NCBI GenBank assembly: GCA_044239355.1
Contig: JBIIBO010000006.1
Location: 18,311 to 82,310, forward strand
DNA: 64,000 bases
DNA from: Ilumatobacteraceae bacterium
GTDB taxonomy: Bacteria; Actinomycetota; Acidimicrobiia; Acidimicrobiales; Ilumatobacteraceae
Reading direction: 5' to 3'
The position numbers and the translations under genes are program-made. Below the pieces are notes generated by a model. It did no database searches and was not told the origin of the DNA. It saw only the letters and a program-made list of their open reading frames with translations. Of this stretch, positions 1 to 9,006 are shown piece by piece. The stretch's first letter is position 1. Each line of letters starts with the position of its first letter.

Positions 1-657
1 GACATACCAGAACACCGCTTCATCGATGGAACCTCCAACGGTGAAGTGGCCATGATTTTGGTGAATGGCTGCACGGTTGTTGCCAAAAGCTTCAGCAAAG
101 TCGCGACCGGCTGATTCTTCAAACACCACGGCGCCACCATGCTCTGAAATGACGGTGTTGGTTTCGTAGAAGGCACACGCGTCTTGAGTGATGGGATCAA
201 GTGGAATTCCCAATGCGCTAAATGCTTTTCCGTAGACCGAGTGCGCATGTGCTGCGGCAACAACATCGGGTCGTGCGGCGTGAACAGCTGCGTGCAACAC
301 GTAGGCCGCACGATTGACACTGTGCTTTCCAATGACGACTTCGCCATGGTGGTTGACGAGCAACAAGTCCGACACGGTCACGTGGCGAAATGACAGACCC
401 AGTGGGTTCACCCAGAAGTGATCAGGGAATTCTGGATCACGCACGGTGATGTGGCCAGCTACGCCTTCGCCAAAACCGAATCGACCAAAAATACGAAGTG
501 CGCCGGCAAGTTTTTGCTTACGACGAAGTCGTTCTTCAGCCATCGTGGGCTTGGGAGCAAGTTCTTCGAGATACAAGGTGGTGACATCTTTGGGAGTCAA
601 TGGGATGCCGTCGATCATGGGCGGTGTGGTCACGGGTGCGTCTGGCGTGATGGTCAT
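1..657 (-). CDS. class II aldolase/adducin-family protein (start in window, C-terminal part runs off the left edge)
   Basis: Absent from the ORF track because it is truncated. My minus-strand translation from ATG (657..655) is open to position 1: MTITPDAPVTTPPMIDGIPL...GEGVAGHITVRDPEFPDHFWVNPLGLSF...AAAHAHSVYGKAFSALG...NHGHFTVGG. The His motifs fit the class II aldolase/adducin fold. Confidence 0.7.
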   Translation of the reverse strand, partial: MTITPDAPVTTPPMIDGIPLTPKDVTTLYLEELAPKPTMAEERLRRKQKLAGALRIFGRFGFGEGVAGHITVRDPEFPDHFWVNPLGLSFRHVTVSDLLLVNHHGEVVIGKHSVNRAAYVLHAAVHAARPDVVAAAHAHSVYGKAFSALGIPLDPITQDACAFYETNTVISEHGGAVVFEESAGRDFAEAFGNNRAAIHQNHGHFTVGGSIDEAVFWYV

Positions 658-676
658 GGCTTCACAATAGGCCAGA

Positions 677-1084
677 ATGGTCGATATGGGAATCAGTGAG
701 ATACAGCCAGAACATATGGCGCCACCGGCTGCCAAATACGCCCATGCAGTCAAAGTAGATGGTGCCAAGTCCTTGGTGTTCACCTCTGGGGTTGTGCCCA
801 CGATGCCCGATGGCACTGTGCCTGCTTCCATAGAGGGTCAAGCACGTGTGGTGTGGGCCAATTTGTTGGAGATTTTGCGCACTGCAGAGATGGAAGTAAC
901 CAATGTGGTGAGCATCACCACCTATGTGGTGGCGAGTGCAACGCTGTCTCATGATCTGGCCTCAGTCATGGCCGTGCGCGATGAAGTCATGGGGTCTCAT
1001 AGAGCGGCAAGCACCTTGGTGACTGTGCCTGCGTTGGCTCGCGCTGAATGGTTGATGGAAATCAGCCTTGTCGCGGCCCAATAG
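677..1084 (+). CDS. RidA/YjgF/L-PSP family protein
   Basis: 135-aa ORF. Size and pattern (...PPAAKYAHAVKVDG...VFTSGVVP...EGQARVVWANLLEIL...VVSITTYV) are typical of RidA-like proteins. The start could be ATG 686. Confidence 0.7.
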   Translation: MVDMGISEIQPEHMAPPAAKYAHAVKVDGAKSLVFTSGVVPTMPDGTVPASIEGQARVVWANLLEILRTAEMEVTNVVSITTYVVASATLSHDLASVMAVRDEVMGSHRAASTLVTVPALARAEWLMEISLVAAQ

Positions 1085-1165
1085 GGTCAAAAAACCTTCA
1101 GATTTCGCCATATTGCCTTCTCCCCATTAGGGCGGGCACACTCATCGCTCGTACCATTGAGACCT

Positions 1166-2749
1166 ATGGCTGAAGACGTAAAGCGCACTGACTCGGGTAT
1201 TGAAATTGCCCCCCTCTACACAGAGGCCGATTTGGCCAACTGGAATGCCCAGGAACAACTGGGCACCCCCGGCGTTGCTCCCTATACGCGTGGCGTGTAT
1301 CCCACGATGTATCGCGGGAAATTGTGGACAATGCGTCAATACGCAGGCTTCGGCACAGCTGAATCCACTAACGAGCGATTCAAGTTCCTTTTGCAGGCAG
1401 GCCAAACAGGTCTCTCGTGTGCGTTCGACCTACCCACACAGATGGGATATGACTCTGACCATCCTCGCGCCGAGGGTGAAGTGGGCAAAGTAGGCGTTGC
1501 CATTAGTTGTCTCGATGACATGCGTTTGTTGTTGAAAGATCTTCCCTTGGACAAGGTGTCCACCTCGATGACCATCAACTCCACGGCGGCCATTTTGTTG
1601 TTGATGTACGAGTTGGTTGCAGAGGAACAAGGCGTTCCCGCACATGCCATCAGTGGCACGATTCAAAATGATTTGCTGAAGGAATACATTGCTCGCGGTA
1701 CTTACGTGTACCCGCCGCGACCTTCAATGCGCATCATCACCGACATCTTTGAGTACTGCTCCAAAAATGTGCCTAAGTGGAACACCATTTCTATTTCCGG
1801 TTATCACATTCGTGAAGCAGGGAGCACTGCAGTACAAGAGATTGCATTTACCTTGGCAAATGCAATTGCATATGTGCAAGCAGCTGTTGATGCTGGTCTC
1901 GATGTCGATGATTTCGCTCCGCGATTGTCATTTTTCTGGAATGGCCACAACAACTTCTTTGAAGAAGTGGCCAAGTTCCGCGCTAGCCGCCGCATGTGGC
2001 ACAAAATCATGACCGAGCGTTTTGGTGCAAAGAAAGAAAGCAGCAAACTGTTGCGCTTCCACACACAAACTGGTGGCAGCACTCTCACCGCACAACAGCC
2101 ACTCAACAACGTGGTGCGTGTTGCTGTGCAGTCACTGGCTGCAGTAATGGGCGGTACGCAAAGTCTCCACACAAATGGCTACGACGAAGCACTGGGATTG
2201 CCGACAGAAGATGCTGCACGTATCGCATTGCGTACCCAGCAAATCATTGGATATGAAAGCGGAATAGTAGATACACCGGACCCGTTGGCTGGTTCTTACT
2301 TTGTGGAATCACTCACCGATGAGGTGGAGCGTTTGGCATGGGAATACATCGAACGTATTGATGCAATGGGTGGGGCAGTGGATGCCATCGAAGCTGGATT
2401 CCAAATGGATGAAATCGAACAAAGCGCTTATGAATACACCAAGTCCATTGATGATGACGAGCGAGTCATTGTGGGTGTCAATAAGTTCACGGTGGATAAC
2501 GAACCCGAACCCAATGTGTTCCCGATTGATCCAAGTTTGGCCAAAGGTCAACTTGCACGCCTGAAAGAGTTCAAGGCCAATCGTGACCATGCGGCTGTGG
2601 ACGCAGCTCTTGAGCGGGTACGTGAGGCGGCTCGCGGCACAGAGAACATCTTGATTCCCATGAAAGAGGCACTGCGTGCACACGCCACATTGGGCGAAGT
2701 GAGCGATGCGTTGCGCGATGTCTATGGGATGTATCAGCCCGGGCGCTAA
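1166..2749 (+). CDS. methylmalonyl-CoA mutase family, catalytic (large/N-terminal) subunit without a B12-binding domain
   Basis: Motifs [53 protein letters not shown] and [16 protein letters not shown]. The roughly 527-aa length matches split (archaeal-type) MCM alpha. ATG 1166 is preferred over the TTG 1157 given in the track. Confidence 0.85.
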   Translation: MAEDVKRTDSGIEIAPLYTEADLANWNAQEQLGTPGVAPYTRGVYPTMYRGKLWTMRQYAGFGTAESTNERFKFLLQAGQTGLSCAFDLPTQMGYDSDHPRAEGEVGKVGVAISCLDDMRLLLKDLPLDKVSTSMTINSTAAILLLMYELVAEEQGVPAHAISGTIQNDLLKEYIARGTYVYPPRPSMRIITDIFEYCSKNVPKWNTISISGYHIREAGSTAVQEIAFTLANAIAYVQAAVDAGLDVDDFAPRLSFFWNGHNNFFEEVAKFRASRRMWHKIMTERFGAKKESSKLLRFHTQTGGSTLTAQQPLNNVVRVAVQSLAAVMGGTQSLHTNGYDEALGLPTEDAARIALRTQQIIGYESGIVDTPDPLAGSYFVESLTDEVERLAWEYIERIDAMGGAVDAIEAGFQMDEIEQSAYEYTKSIDDDERVIVGVNKFTVDNEPEPNVFPIDPSLAKGQLARLKEFKANRDHAAVDAALERVREAARGTENILIPMKEALRAHATLGEVSDALRDVYGMYQPGR

Positions 2750-2779
2750 CTGCTCCTGAGTTGCTGTAATGAAACGTCG

Positions 2780-3334
2780 CTAACTCAGCCAGTGCACAAT
2801 TGGTGCAGGTCGTTCTTTGGCGACGCCCTCACGAGTGCCCCAACCTAGGTAGATGATGCCGACCACATGGTCAGTGTCATCAAACTGGCAGAACTGGGTC
2901 ATTGTGTGATGAGTGCCTTTTGCAGGCGTACTCCACAGCGCGGTCATGCCTAATTCTTCAAGCAGTAACAGCATGTTCTGTATGCCAGCTGCAACTGCAT
3001 AGCGATTTTCTTCAGTCTCAAGTTCGCTTGCACCAAGAGCCGATGCAACGACCAACACAACAGGAGCGCGTCCATATTTGGTGCGCGTCTTGTCTACTTT
3101 GATCTGGTCATCGCCATGTGTCTGCATTGCGTCGGCAACTGCTTCACCAAAACGTAGGCGTGCATCTTCTTGTAATACCGCGATGCGTAAAGGACGAGTC
3201 TTGCGATGGTTAGGTGCTGCTTGTGCCGCCTGTACGAGACGGTGAATGATTTCTTCTGCGACGGGCTTGTCTCGGTCAATTGTCATTGCGCTGATGCGCG
3301 AATGAATAATGCGTTCGAGATCGTCGGCTGACAT
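2780..3334 (-). CDS. nitroreductase family protein
   Basis: The ORF 2780..3373 is trimmed to ATG 3334 (MSADDLERIIHSRIS...) because the upstream dapD stops at 3337. The pattern RPLRIAVLQEDARLRF...AAGIQNMLLLLEELG is nitroreductase-like. Confidence 0.65.
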   Translation of the reverse strand: MSADDLERIIHSRISAMTIDRDKPVAEEIIHRLVQAAQAAPNHRKTRPLRIAVLQEDARLRFGEAVADAMQTHGDDQIKVDKTRTKYGRAPVVLVVASALGASELETEENRYAVAAGIQNMLLLLEELGMTALWSTPAKGTHHTMTQFCQFDDTDHVVGIIYLGWGTREGVAKERPAPIVHWLS

Positions 3335-3336
3335 TG

Positions 3337-4254
3337 CTAGTTCTTGTGAAGATCTGCGTTCAATCCACCCCAAGAACCAGTGCGAGAAATTACTTCTACA
3401 GCACCGGTGAGTGAGTTACGACGGTACAACAATCCGGATTGACCGGAAAGAAGTTTTGCTTTCACGGCATTGCCAGAAGGATCAAGAACCACTGTGCCGG
3501 CGGTGACGTAGAGTCCTGCTTCCACGATGCAATCATCACCGAGGCTGATCCCGATGCCAGCGTTAGCACCAAGCAGACATCGCTCACCAATGGTGACCAT
3601 TTCTTTTCCACCACCAGAGAGTGTTCCCATGATGGAAGCACCACCGCCAATGTCGGAGCCATCGCCCACGATGACACCTTGTGAGATGCGGCCTTCCACC
3701 ATCGATGCACCCAAGGTGCCGGCATTGAAGTTGCAGAATCCTTCGTGCATCACCGTGGTGCCCGAGGCAAGATATGCGCCAAGACGAACACGGCTTGCAT
3801 CGGCAATACGCACTCCACTTGGGACCACGTAATCGGTCATGCGAGGGAACTTGTCGACTCCGTGCACGGTGAGGTGTTCATTGCGGCGTGCAAAGTTCCA
3901 CGTCACTGATTCGATAGCGCTCACGGGAACGGGACCCCGCGATGTCCATGCAACATTTTGCAGATGGCCAAACATGCCGTCGAGATTGATGGTGCGTGGT
4001 TGCATGTGGCGATGGGAGAGAAGATTCAAACGAAGATACGCATCTTGGGCATTTGTAGGGCTTGCCGCAGTATCGACGGTGATGGACACGGCGCGAAAGG
4101 CCACGCCGCGTTCAGGATCGGAATCTGTTGCAGGTTCATGAGAGGGAAGTGATGATGGGGCCTCACCTAGTCCCAATGCACGAAATCGCACATCGAGTGT
4201 TGCGCCGTCGGCGTCAAGTGTGGCAATGCCCACTCCCCATGCTGTTGTTGACAT
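3337..4254 (-). CDS. dapD: 2,3,4,5-tetrahydropyridine-2,6-dicarboxylate N-succinyltransferase (actinobacterial type)
   Basis: 305 aa. The N-terminus [17 protein letters not shown]... and hexapeptide-repeat C-terminal half ([36 protein letters not shown]...) resemble mycobacterial/corynebacterial DapD. Confidence 0.85.
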   Translation of the reverse strand: MSTTAWGVGIATLDADGATLDVRFRALGLGEAPSSLPSHEPATDSDPERGVAFRAVSITVDTAASPTNAQDAYLRLNLLSHRHMQPRTINLDGMFGHLQNVAWTSRGPVPVSAIESVTWNFARRNEHLTVHGVDKFPRMTDYVVPSGVRIADASRVRLGAYLASGTTVMHEGFCNFNAGTLGASMVEGRISQGVIVGDGSDIGGGASIMGTLSGGGKEMVTIGERCLLGANAGIGISLGDDCIVEAGLYVTAGTVVLDPSGNAVKAKLLSGQSGLLYRRNSLTGAVEVISRTGSWGGLNADLHKN

Positions 4255-5760
4255 TTACATGACCTCCGGTCGAAGAGTAGGGAACAAGATGACATCACGA
4301 ATGGATTGAGCGCCACCAATCAACATGACGAGGCGATCAATACCGATGCCAAGACCACCAGTGGGCGGCATGCCAAATTCCAAGGCGCGCAAATAATCCT
4401 CATCTACGGTGCCGGCCTCGGCATTACCGGCTTCTTTTGAGGCTTGTTCGTCTTCAAAACGAAGACGTTGTTCTACGGGATCGTTGAGCTCGGAATATGC
4501 ATTTGCAAGCTCGCGCCCACCGACAAACAATTCGAAACGTTCGGTGAGGAATGGATCGTTGCGATCAACGCGGGCAAGTGGGCTGATCTCTACAGGATGT
4601 CCAGTAACGAATGTGGGGGCACGAAGCGCATTTTCACAAGTTGCCTCGAATAGCTCTTCAATGATTTTTCCTGTGCCGTGATGTGCTTCGACTTTCACGT
4701 TGTGTTTTTGCGCCAGTGCTACGAGTTCTTCGCGTGGTTGCGAAGGATGCACGGCCACTCCTGTGGCTTCTGCGACAAGATCAATCATGCGTGCACGACG
4801 CCATGGTTGTGCAAGATCGACTGTTTCGCCGTCAATAGTGACCGTGCTTGAACCAGTTGCATCAATTGCAGATTGTGTGATGAGAGCTTCGGTGAGATCC
4901 ATGATGTCGGTGTAGTCCGCAAATGCTTGGTAGAGCTCCATCATGGTGAACTCGGGATTATGGCGAGTAGAGATGCCTTCGTTGCGGAACACCCGACCAA
5001 TTTCGTACACACGCTCCATGCCACCCACAATGAGGCGCTTGAGGTGCAGCTCGAGGGCGATGCGTAAAAACAATTGCATGTCAAGCGCGTTGTGATGCGT
5101 CACAAAAGGACGGGCATGTGCTCCACCGGCTTCTACATGCAACACAGGTGTTTCTACTTCAATAAAGCCACGATCGTGGAGCGTGCGTCGGAAACTGGCA
5201 ATGACTGCATGTCGAATTTCAAACATACGACGCGATTCCTCGTTGCCGATGAGGTCTGCATAGCGCTGGCGATAACGAGTATCGGTGTCGGTGAGTCCAT
5301 GCCATTTATCAGGCATAGGGCGAATTGCTTTCGACAAAAGCTGCAGGGAGGACACCTTGATGGACAGCTCGCCCTTACGAGTAGACATCACCATGCCCGA
5401 CACGCCGACCCAATCGCCAAGATCAAGATCGGCAATGGCGTCGAAGGCATCGTCGCCGACAACTGCACGAGAGACGAACAGCTGCAGAGATCCAGTGCGA
5501 TCTTGCAAGGTAGCAAAAATGAGTTTGCCTTGATCGCGCTTCAACATGATGCGTCCCGCAACGCTGACGTGAGTCTCTGTTTCGGTGCCAGGCTCTAGTG
5601 CGTCGTGGTCACGGCGAATCTCGCCCAGTGTGTGTGAACGATCAAAACGGTAGGGGTAGGGGTTGGTGCCCGCATCTCTCATAGCGGCAAGGGCAGCCAA
5701 ACGACGTGCTTTTTCGTGCTCGAGGCCACCGGCGCCTTGTTCTTGATTCTCTTCACTCAC
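4255..5760 (-). CDS. lysS: lysine--tRNA ligase (class II)
   Basis: Class II LysRS motifs (FIEVETPVLH, YEIGRVFRNEGIS..HNPEFTMMELY, GGLGIGIDRLVML). Start set to GTG 5760 because a perfect AGGAGG lies 4 nt upstream on the minus strand. The track's start at 5805 would add 15 aa. Confidence 0.9.
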   Translation of the reverse strand: MSEENQEQGAGGLEHEKARRLAALAAMRDAGTNPYPYRFDRSHTLGEIRRDHDALEPGTETETHVSVAGRIMLKRDQGKLIFATLQDRTGSLQLFVSRAVVGDDAFDAIADLDLGDWVGVSGMVMSTRKGELSIKVSSLQLLSKAIRPMPDKWHGLTDTDTRYRQRYADLIGNEESRRMFEIRHAVIASFRRTLHDRGFIEVETPVLHVEAGGAHARPFVTHHNALDMQLFLRIALELHLKRLIVGGMERVYEIGRVFRNEGISTRHNPEFTMMELYQAFADYTDIMDLTEALITQSAIDATGSSTVTIDGETVDLAQPWRRARMIDLVAEATGVAVHPSQPREELVALAQKHNVKVEAHHGTGKIIEELFEATCENALRAPTFVTGHPVEISPLARVDRNDPFLTERFELFVGGRELANAYSELNDPVEQRLRFEDEQASKEAGNAEAGTVDEDYLRALEFGMPPTGGLGIGIDRLVMLIGGAQSIRDVILFPTLRPEVM

Positions 5761-5859
5761 AGACCTCCTACGGTAGTGGGCACAGCGTGTTGATGAGGAA
5801 GTCATTGCGTCACGAAGTGTTTACTTTGTCTCCCGTGCATCACAGGTAGCCTCAAAGAC

Positions 5860-7227
5860 GTGAATCTGAATAAACGCCTCGTTGTTGTAGGTGGAGGCCC
5901 CGCTGGCCATGCGGCGGCAAGCCTGGCTGCTCGCAAAGGTGTGCAGGTCACAGTGGTGGAGCGTGAAATTCTCGGAGGCGCAGCGCACTTGTTGGATTGT
6001 GTGCCATCAAAAACAATGATCGCCACGGGCAGTGCAGTGAGCTTCACCGAGGGACTTAGTGGCATGGGTCTAGAGAACAGGGATGCCGAAGTTGATGTCG
6101 CAGCTCTCACAAACCGCATTGAGGGCATTAAGAATCGTCTGTCCAATGACGTGGAGACTCTTCTTGTCAGCCAAGGCGTGAGAATTCTGCGGGGCACTGC
6201 CACTTTGGTAGATCGTTTTCATGTGCGCGTTGTTTTTGCCGATGGAACACAAGAAGACATCGAGACTGACGACATTTTGATCTCTACAGGTAGTCGTCCT
6301 CGCATTCCAGATTTTGTGCAACCCGATGGTGATCGCATTTTGACGACACGAGATTGTTATCCGCCAAAAATTTTCCCCGAGAGCGTCACCATCGTGGGCT
6401 CTGGTGTGACTGGTGTGGAATTTGCACACATGTTTGAATCATTTGGATCCAAAGTCACATTGGTGGTGAGTCGTCAACAAGTGTTGCCGGGCAAAGATCC
6501 AGAAGTTGCTGCTGTTCTCGAGGACACCTTCTTGGCTCGTGGTGTGCGTTTGTTTAAGGGTGCACGTGCCACAACAATTGAGCGAACAGCTAACGGCGTA
6601 CGCGTGGTGTGTGACGATGGGCGAGTGTCGGAAACCACCCATGCGGTGCTGGCAATTGGATCACTTCCCAATACCGAAGGGCTTGGCTTAGAAAACGTGG
6701 GCGTCGAAACTGATGGTGGCTACATCGTGATTAATCGTCACTGCCAAAGCAGTATCGACAACATCTATGCAGCCGGTGATGTCAGTGGAAAGCTTCCATT
6801 GTCGTCGGTGGCTTCTATGCAAGGACGAAAAGTTGCCGAGCAAGTAGTGGGTGGACCCAAAGGTCCACATCGCCATTTGGATTATGACAAAGCAGCGTCT
6901 GCAATTTTTACTGAGCCAGAGATTGCCGATGTGGGGCTTGCCGAGGCAGAAGCATTTGCATCAGGTCGAAAGATTCGCGTCACCAAAGTGCCGTTTTCAT
7001 CTACTGCAAAAGCATTAATCAATAACGATTCACGTGGTTTTGTCAAGATCATTAGTGATCCTGCAACAGGCGAAGTGCTGGGTGGATCCATTGTGGGCCG
7101 TCACGCAGCAGAGCTCATCAGTGTGATTGCATTAGCCGTGACGGCAAATCTTAAAGTCACCGACATTGAAGAGTCTTTGTTAGTGCATCCGGCTCTTGCC
7201 GAAGCACTGTCTGAAGCTGCTGACTAG
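5860..7227 (+). CDS. flavoprotein disulfide-reductase-family NAD(P)H dehydrogenase (LpdA/Rv3303c-like, single-Cys active-site region)
   Basis: 455 aa with VVVGGGPAGHAAA (FAD) and a second Rossmann motif IVGSGVTGVEFA. The region where the CxxxxC should be reads GGAAHLLDCVPSK. The dimerisation domain ends ...HPALAEAL. Confidence 0.8.
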   Translation: MNLNKRLVVVGGGPAGHAAASLAARKGVQVTVVEREILGGAAHLLDCVPSKTMIATGSAVSFTEGLSGMGLENRDAEVDVAALTNRIEGIKNRLSNDVETLLVSQGVRILRGTATLVDRFHVRVVFADGTQEDIETDDILISTGSRPRIPDFVQPDGDRILTTRDCYPPKIFPESVTIVGSGVTGVEFAHMFESFGSKVTLVVSRQQVLPGKDPEVAAVLEDTFLARGVRLFKGARATTIERTANGVRVVCDDGRVSETTHAVLAIGSLPNTEGLGLENVGVETDGGYIVINRHCQSSIDNIYAAGDVSGKLPLSSVASMQGRKVAEQVVGGPKGPHRHLDYDKAASAIFTEPEIADVGLAEAEAFASGRKIRVTKVPFSSTAKALINNDSRGFVKIISDPATGEVLGGSIVGRHAAELISVIALAVTANLKVTDIEESLLVHPALAEALSEAAD

Positions 7228-7242
7228 TTATTCAATAACAAC
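7212..7242. repeat. 31-bp direct repeat, left copy (TGAAGCTGCTGACTAGTTATTCAATAACAAC)
   Basis: Identical to 8976..9006 by my base-by-base alignment. It contains the last 16 nt of the 5860..7227 CDS (including TAG) plus a 15-nt relic of the accA 3' end (TTATTCAATAACAAC). Confidence 0.95.
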
Positions 7243-8975
7243 GACAGTTTCAAGAGACCCGTATCACGGATGAAACTGTTGAAGGTTTACCTTTTCTCAT
7301 CACAGTTGCCGTGTAACGACATTTGCCCTTCTTCAACATGCGTAACGATGTTCCTTGGGGACGACACACCGAACTAGTACGGGAAGTTATACGAACTACT
7401 CGTGCACCTTTGGATGGCGACAACAATGTAGTTGCTGGCAATATTTGGGTGATCTGTGCTCTAGTTCGCGGAGTCACTCTTGCGCCGTTCTTAAGTTGTA
7501 CTTGCTTTGCGATGGTCGTTACAACGTAATTGACGGGGATGGTCGACCTTCGCGTGTTTCGAGCAGTTGATTTCTTGACATTACTTGTCGAGACGATTGC
7601 ATTTACTAAGCAAGGACCTGGTCTAATCGGAACGATTTTATTGTTTGTGATCGTGCAGCCTTGCTCGTTGACGCTAAGACTGTCCACATTCAGTGACAAC
7701 TGCGTTCTGAGATTCGAGGCGCTGCAGTCTGCAAAGACAGTGTTCTCGAGGACATCGTCGGTTGTTCGTGGAGTGGCATTGTCGAGAACGAGAGCCCAGT
7801 CATCTACACCTTCTAGGTATTGCCATTTTTCGTTGGAGTTCTCAATTTCGGTGAATTTTCCTCCGAAGGGGCCAACCTTTGAAGCAGAGTCGTAAATGGG
7901 TCCTAAAAACTTTCCGATTAATCCTTCAAACCTCCACTTGGCTAGTCCAAGATCAATGAGAGAAAGTAGGTAACCATCTGGCCCTAACGCTCCGTAGCCC
8001 ATAACGCGAGGTGAAGGGGCAAGAATTACTTCACCGCTGGGACAGGCCCCTGGCGCAACAAAATCAAGTGATGTGGTAATCGGAGGCTTGCCGTCGCCGG
8101 TCACGCGGTATGTCAGGTTGTATGTACGACCAGCTTTCAATCCGTCAATGTGTGGGCCACTAGGTGTTGTGAAAGGGCCGAAGTTATTTGAACCACATCC
8201 AGGAACAGTTATGTCTCCTGTGGATTTTCCAATTGTGCCCCGCTTTTTGAATTGACCGTTTTCAATAAGTTCATATTCTGCGTCTGTGTATCCCTCGAGA
8301 GTGGAAGAAAATCCAAACATTGAGGTAGGGGCGCCTGACGAACTGTTCAGTGGTAAGCCATCGCGATAGTTGGCGCAAAGACTTACTCTTGTCATGATCG
8401 TTGAATCTAAATTCCAAAAAGTGACTTCAAATGGCTCCAGTGATGTCTGTTGCTGATGCCAATCACGTGGGTTGGACCAAGTATTAACTGGATTAGTAGA
8501 CAGTGACCAACCATCTGTCAAATCTTTAAAATTACTTGGGACTTGTGCTGTCACTGGGCGTCGTTGAAATCTTTCACCAACTTTTAGAAGTACCTGTAAC
8601 CAGCGAGCAGAATCGCGCACCCCAGGCGTGGAGATGTAGTTCACTTGGAAAATTTCACAGTCGTCGAGGTGGCAAACGCGCATTGGGACAATTCCAAACA
8701 TTGGAATTGAATTCGTACGTTGACCTCTCCCTATGTAAGCAAAAACTGACAGATCACCATTTTCGCCGTGGAGGGCAAATGGGGGAACCGCGTTACTCGT
8801 CTGAGCTTGAATATGGGTATTGGGTAAACCCACTGCAACAACTATCGAAGCCAAGATGACAAACACGCCGCGTTTCATCGTCGAATCCTAAAGCATCCTG
8901 AGATCAACTTTTTCAATTGAGTTCAGCTACTGCCGAGTGTCATGCAACCCTGTTGTTGCGTTGTATAAGTTTTTA
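7243..8975. other. 1.73-kb low-GC insertion carrying a single secreted-protein gene
   Basis: Bracketed by the 31-bp direct repeat. Hand counts of 60-nt lines gave about 40-43% GC inside (7261-7320, 8401-8460) versus about 52% in the flanks (6901-6960, 9001-9060). Confidence 0.7.
7250..8878 (-). CDS. secreted protein of unknown function (orphan)
   Basis: 542-aa ORF with a signal-peptide-like N-terminus MKRGVFVILASIVVAVGLPNTHIQAQ and AGGA 7 nt upstream of the ATG. No catalytic motif recognised. The C-terminal part has paired-Cys beta-rich modules and a basic tail. Confidence 0.8.
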   Translation of the reverse strand: MKRGVFVILASIVVAVGLPNTHIQAQTSNAVPPFALHGENGDLSVFAYIGRGQRTNSIPMFGIVPMRVCHLDDCEIFQVNYISTPGVRDSARWLQVLLKVGERFQRRPVTAQVPSNFKDLTDGWSLSTNPVNTWSNPRDWHQQQTSLEPFEVTFWNLDSTIMTRVSLCANYRDGLPLNSSSGAPTSMFGFSSTLEGYTDAEYELIENGQFKKRGTIGKSTGDITVPGCGSNNFGPFTTPSGPHIDGLKAGRTYNLTYRVTGDGKPPITTSLDFVAPGACPSGEVILAPSPRVMGYGALGPDGYLLSLIDLGLAKWRFEGLIGKFLGPIYDSASKVGPFGGKFTEIENSNEKWQYLEGVDDWALVLDNATPRTTDDVLENTVFADCSASNLRTQLSLNVDSLSVNEQGCTITNNKIVPIRPGPCLVNAIVSTSNVKKSTARNTRRSTIPVNYVVTTIAKQVQLKNGARVTPRTRAQITQILPATTLLSPSKGARVVRITSRTSSVCRPQGTSLRMLKKGKCRYTATVMRKGKPSTVSSVIRVS

Positions 8976-9006
8976 TGAAGCTGCTGACTAGTTATTCAAT
9001 AACAAC
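8976..9006. repeat. 31-bp direct repeat, right copy
   Basis: Identical to 7212..7242. It contains a 16-nt relic of the 5860..7227 CDS 3' end (with TAG at 8989..8991), directly abutting the true accA stop (TTA 8992..8994) and its last codons. Confidence 0.95.

Noticed and set aside
8879-8975. Promoter-like hexamers (TTGAAA / TTGATC) upstream of the inserted secreted-protein gene.
   Set aside because: I could not pair them with a convincing -10 element at proper spacing. Actinobacterial promoters are too degenerate to call by eye.
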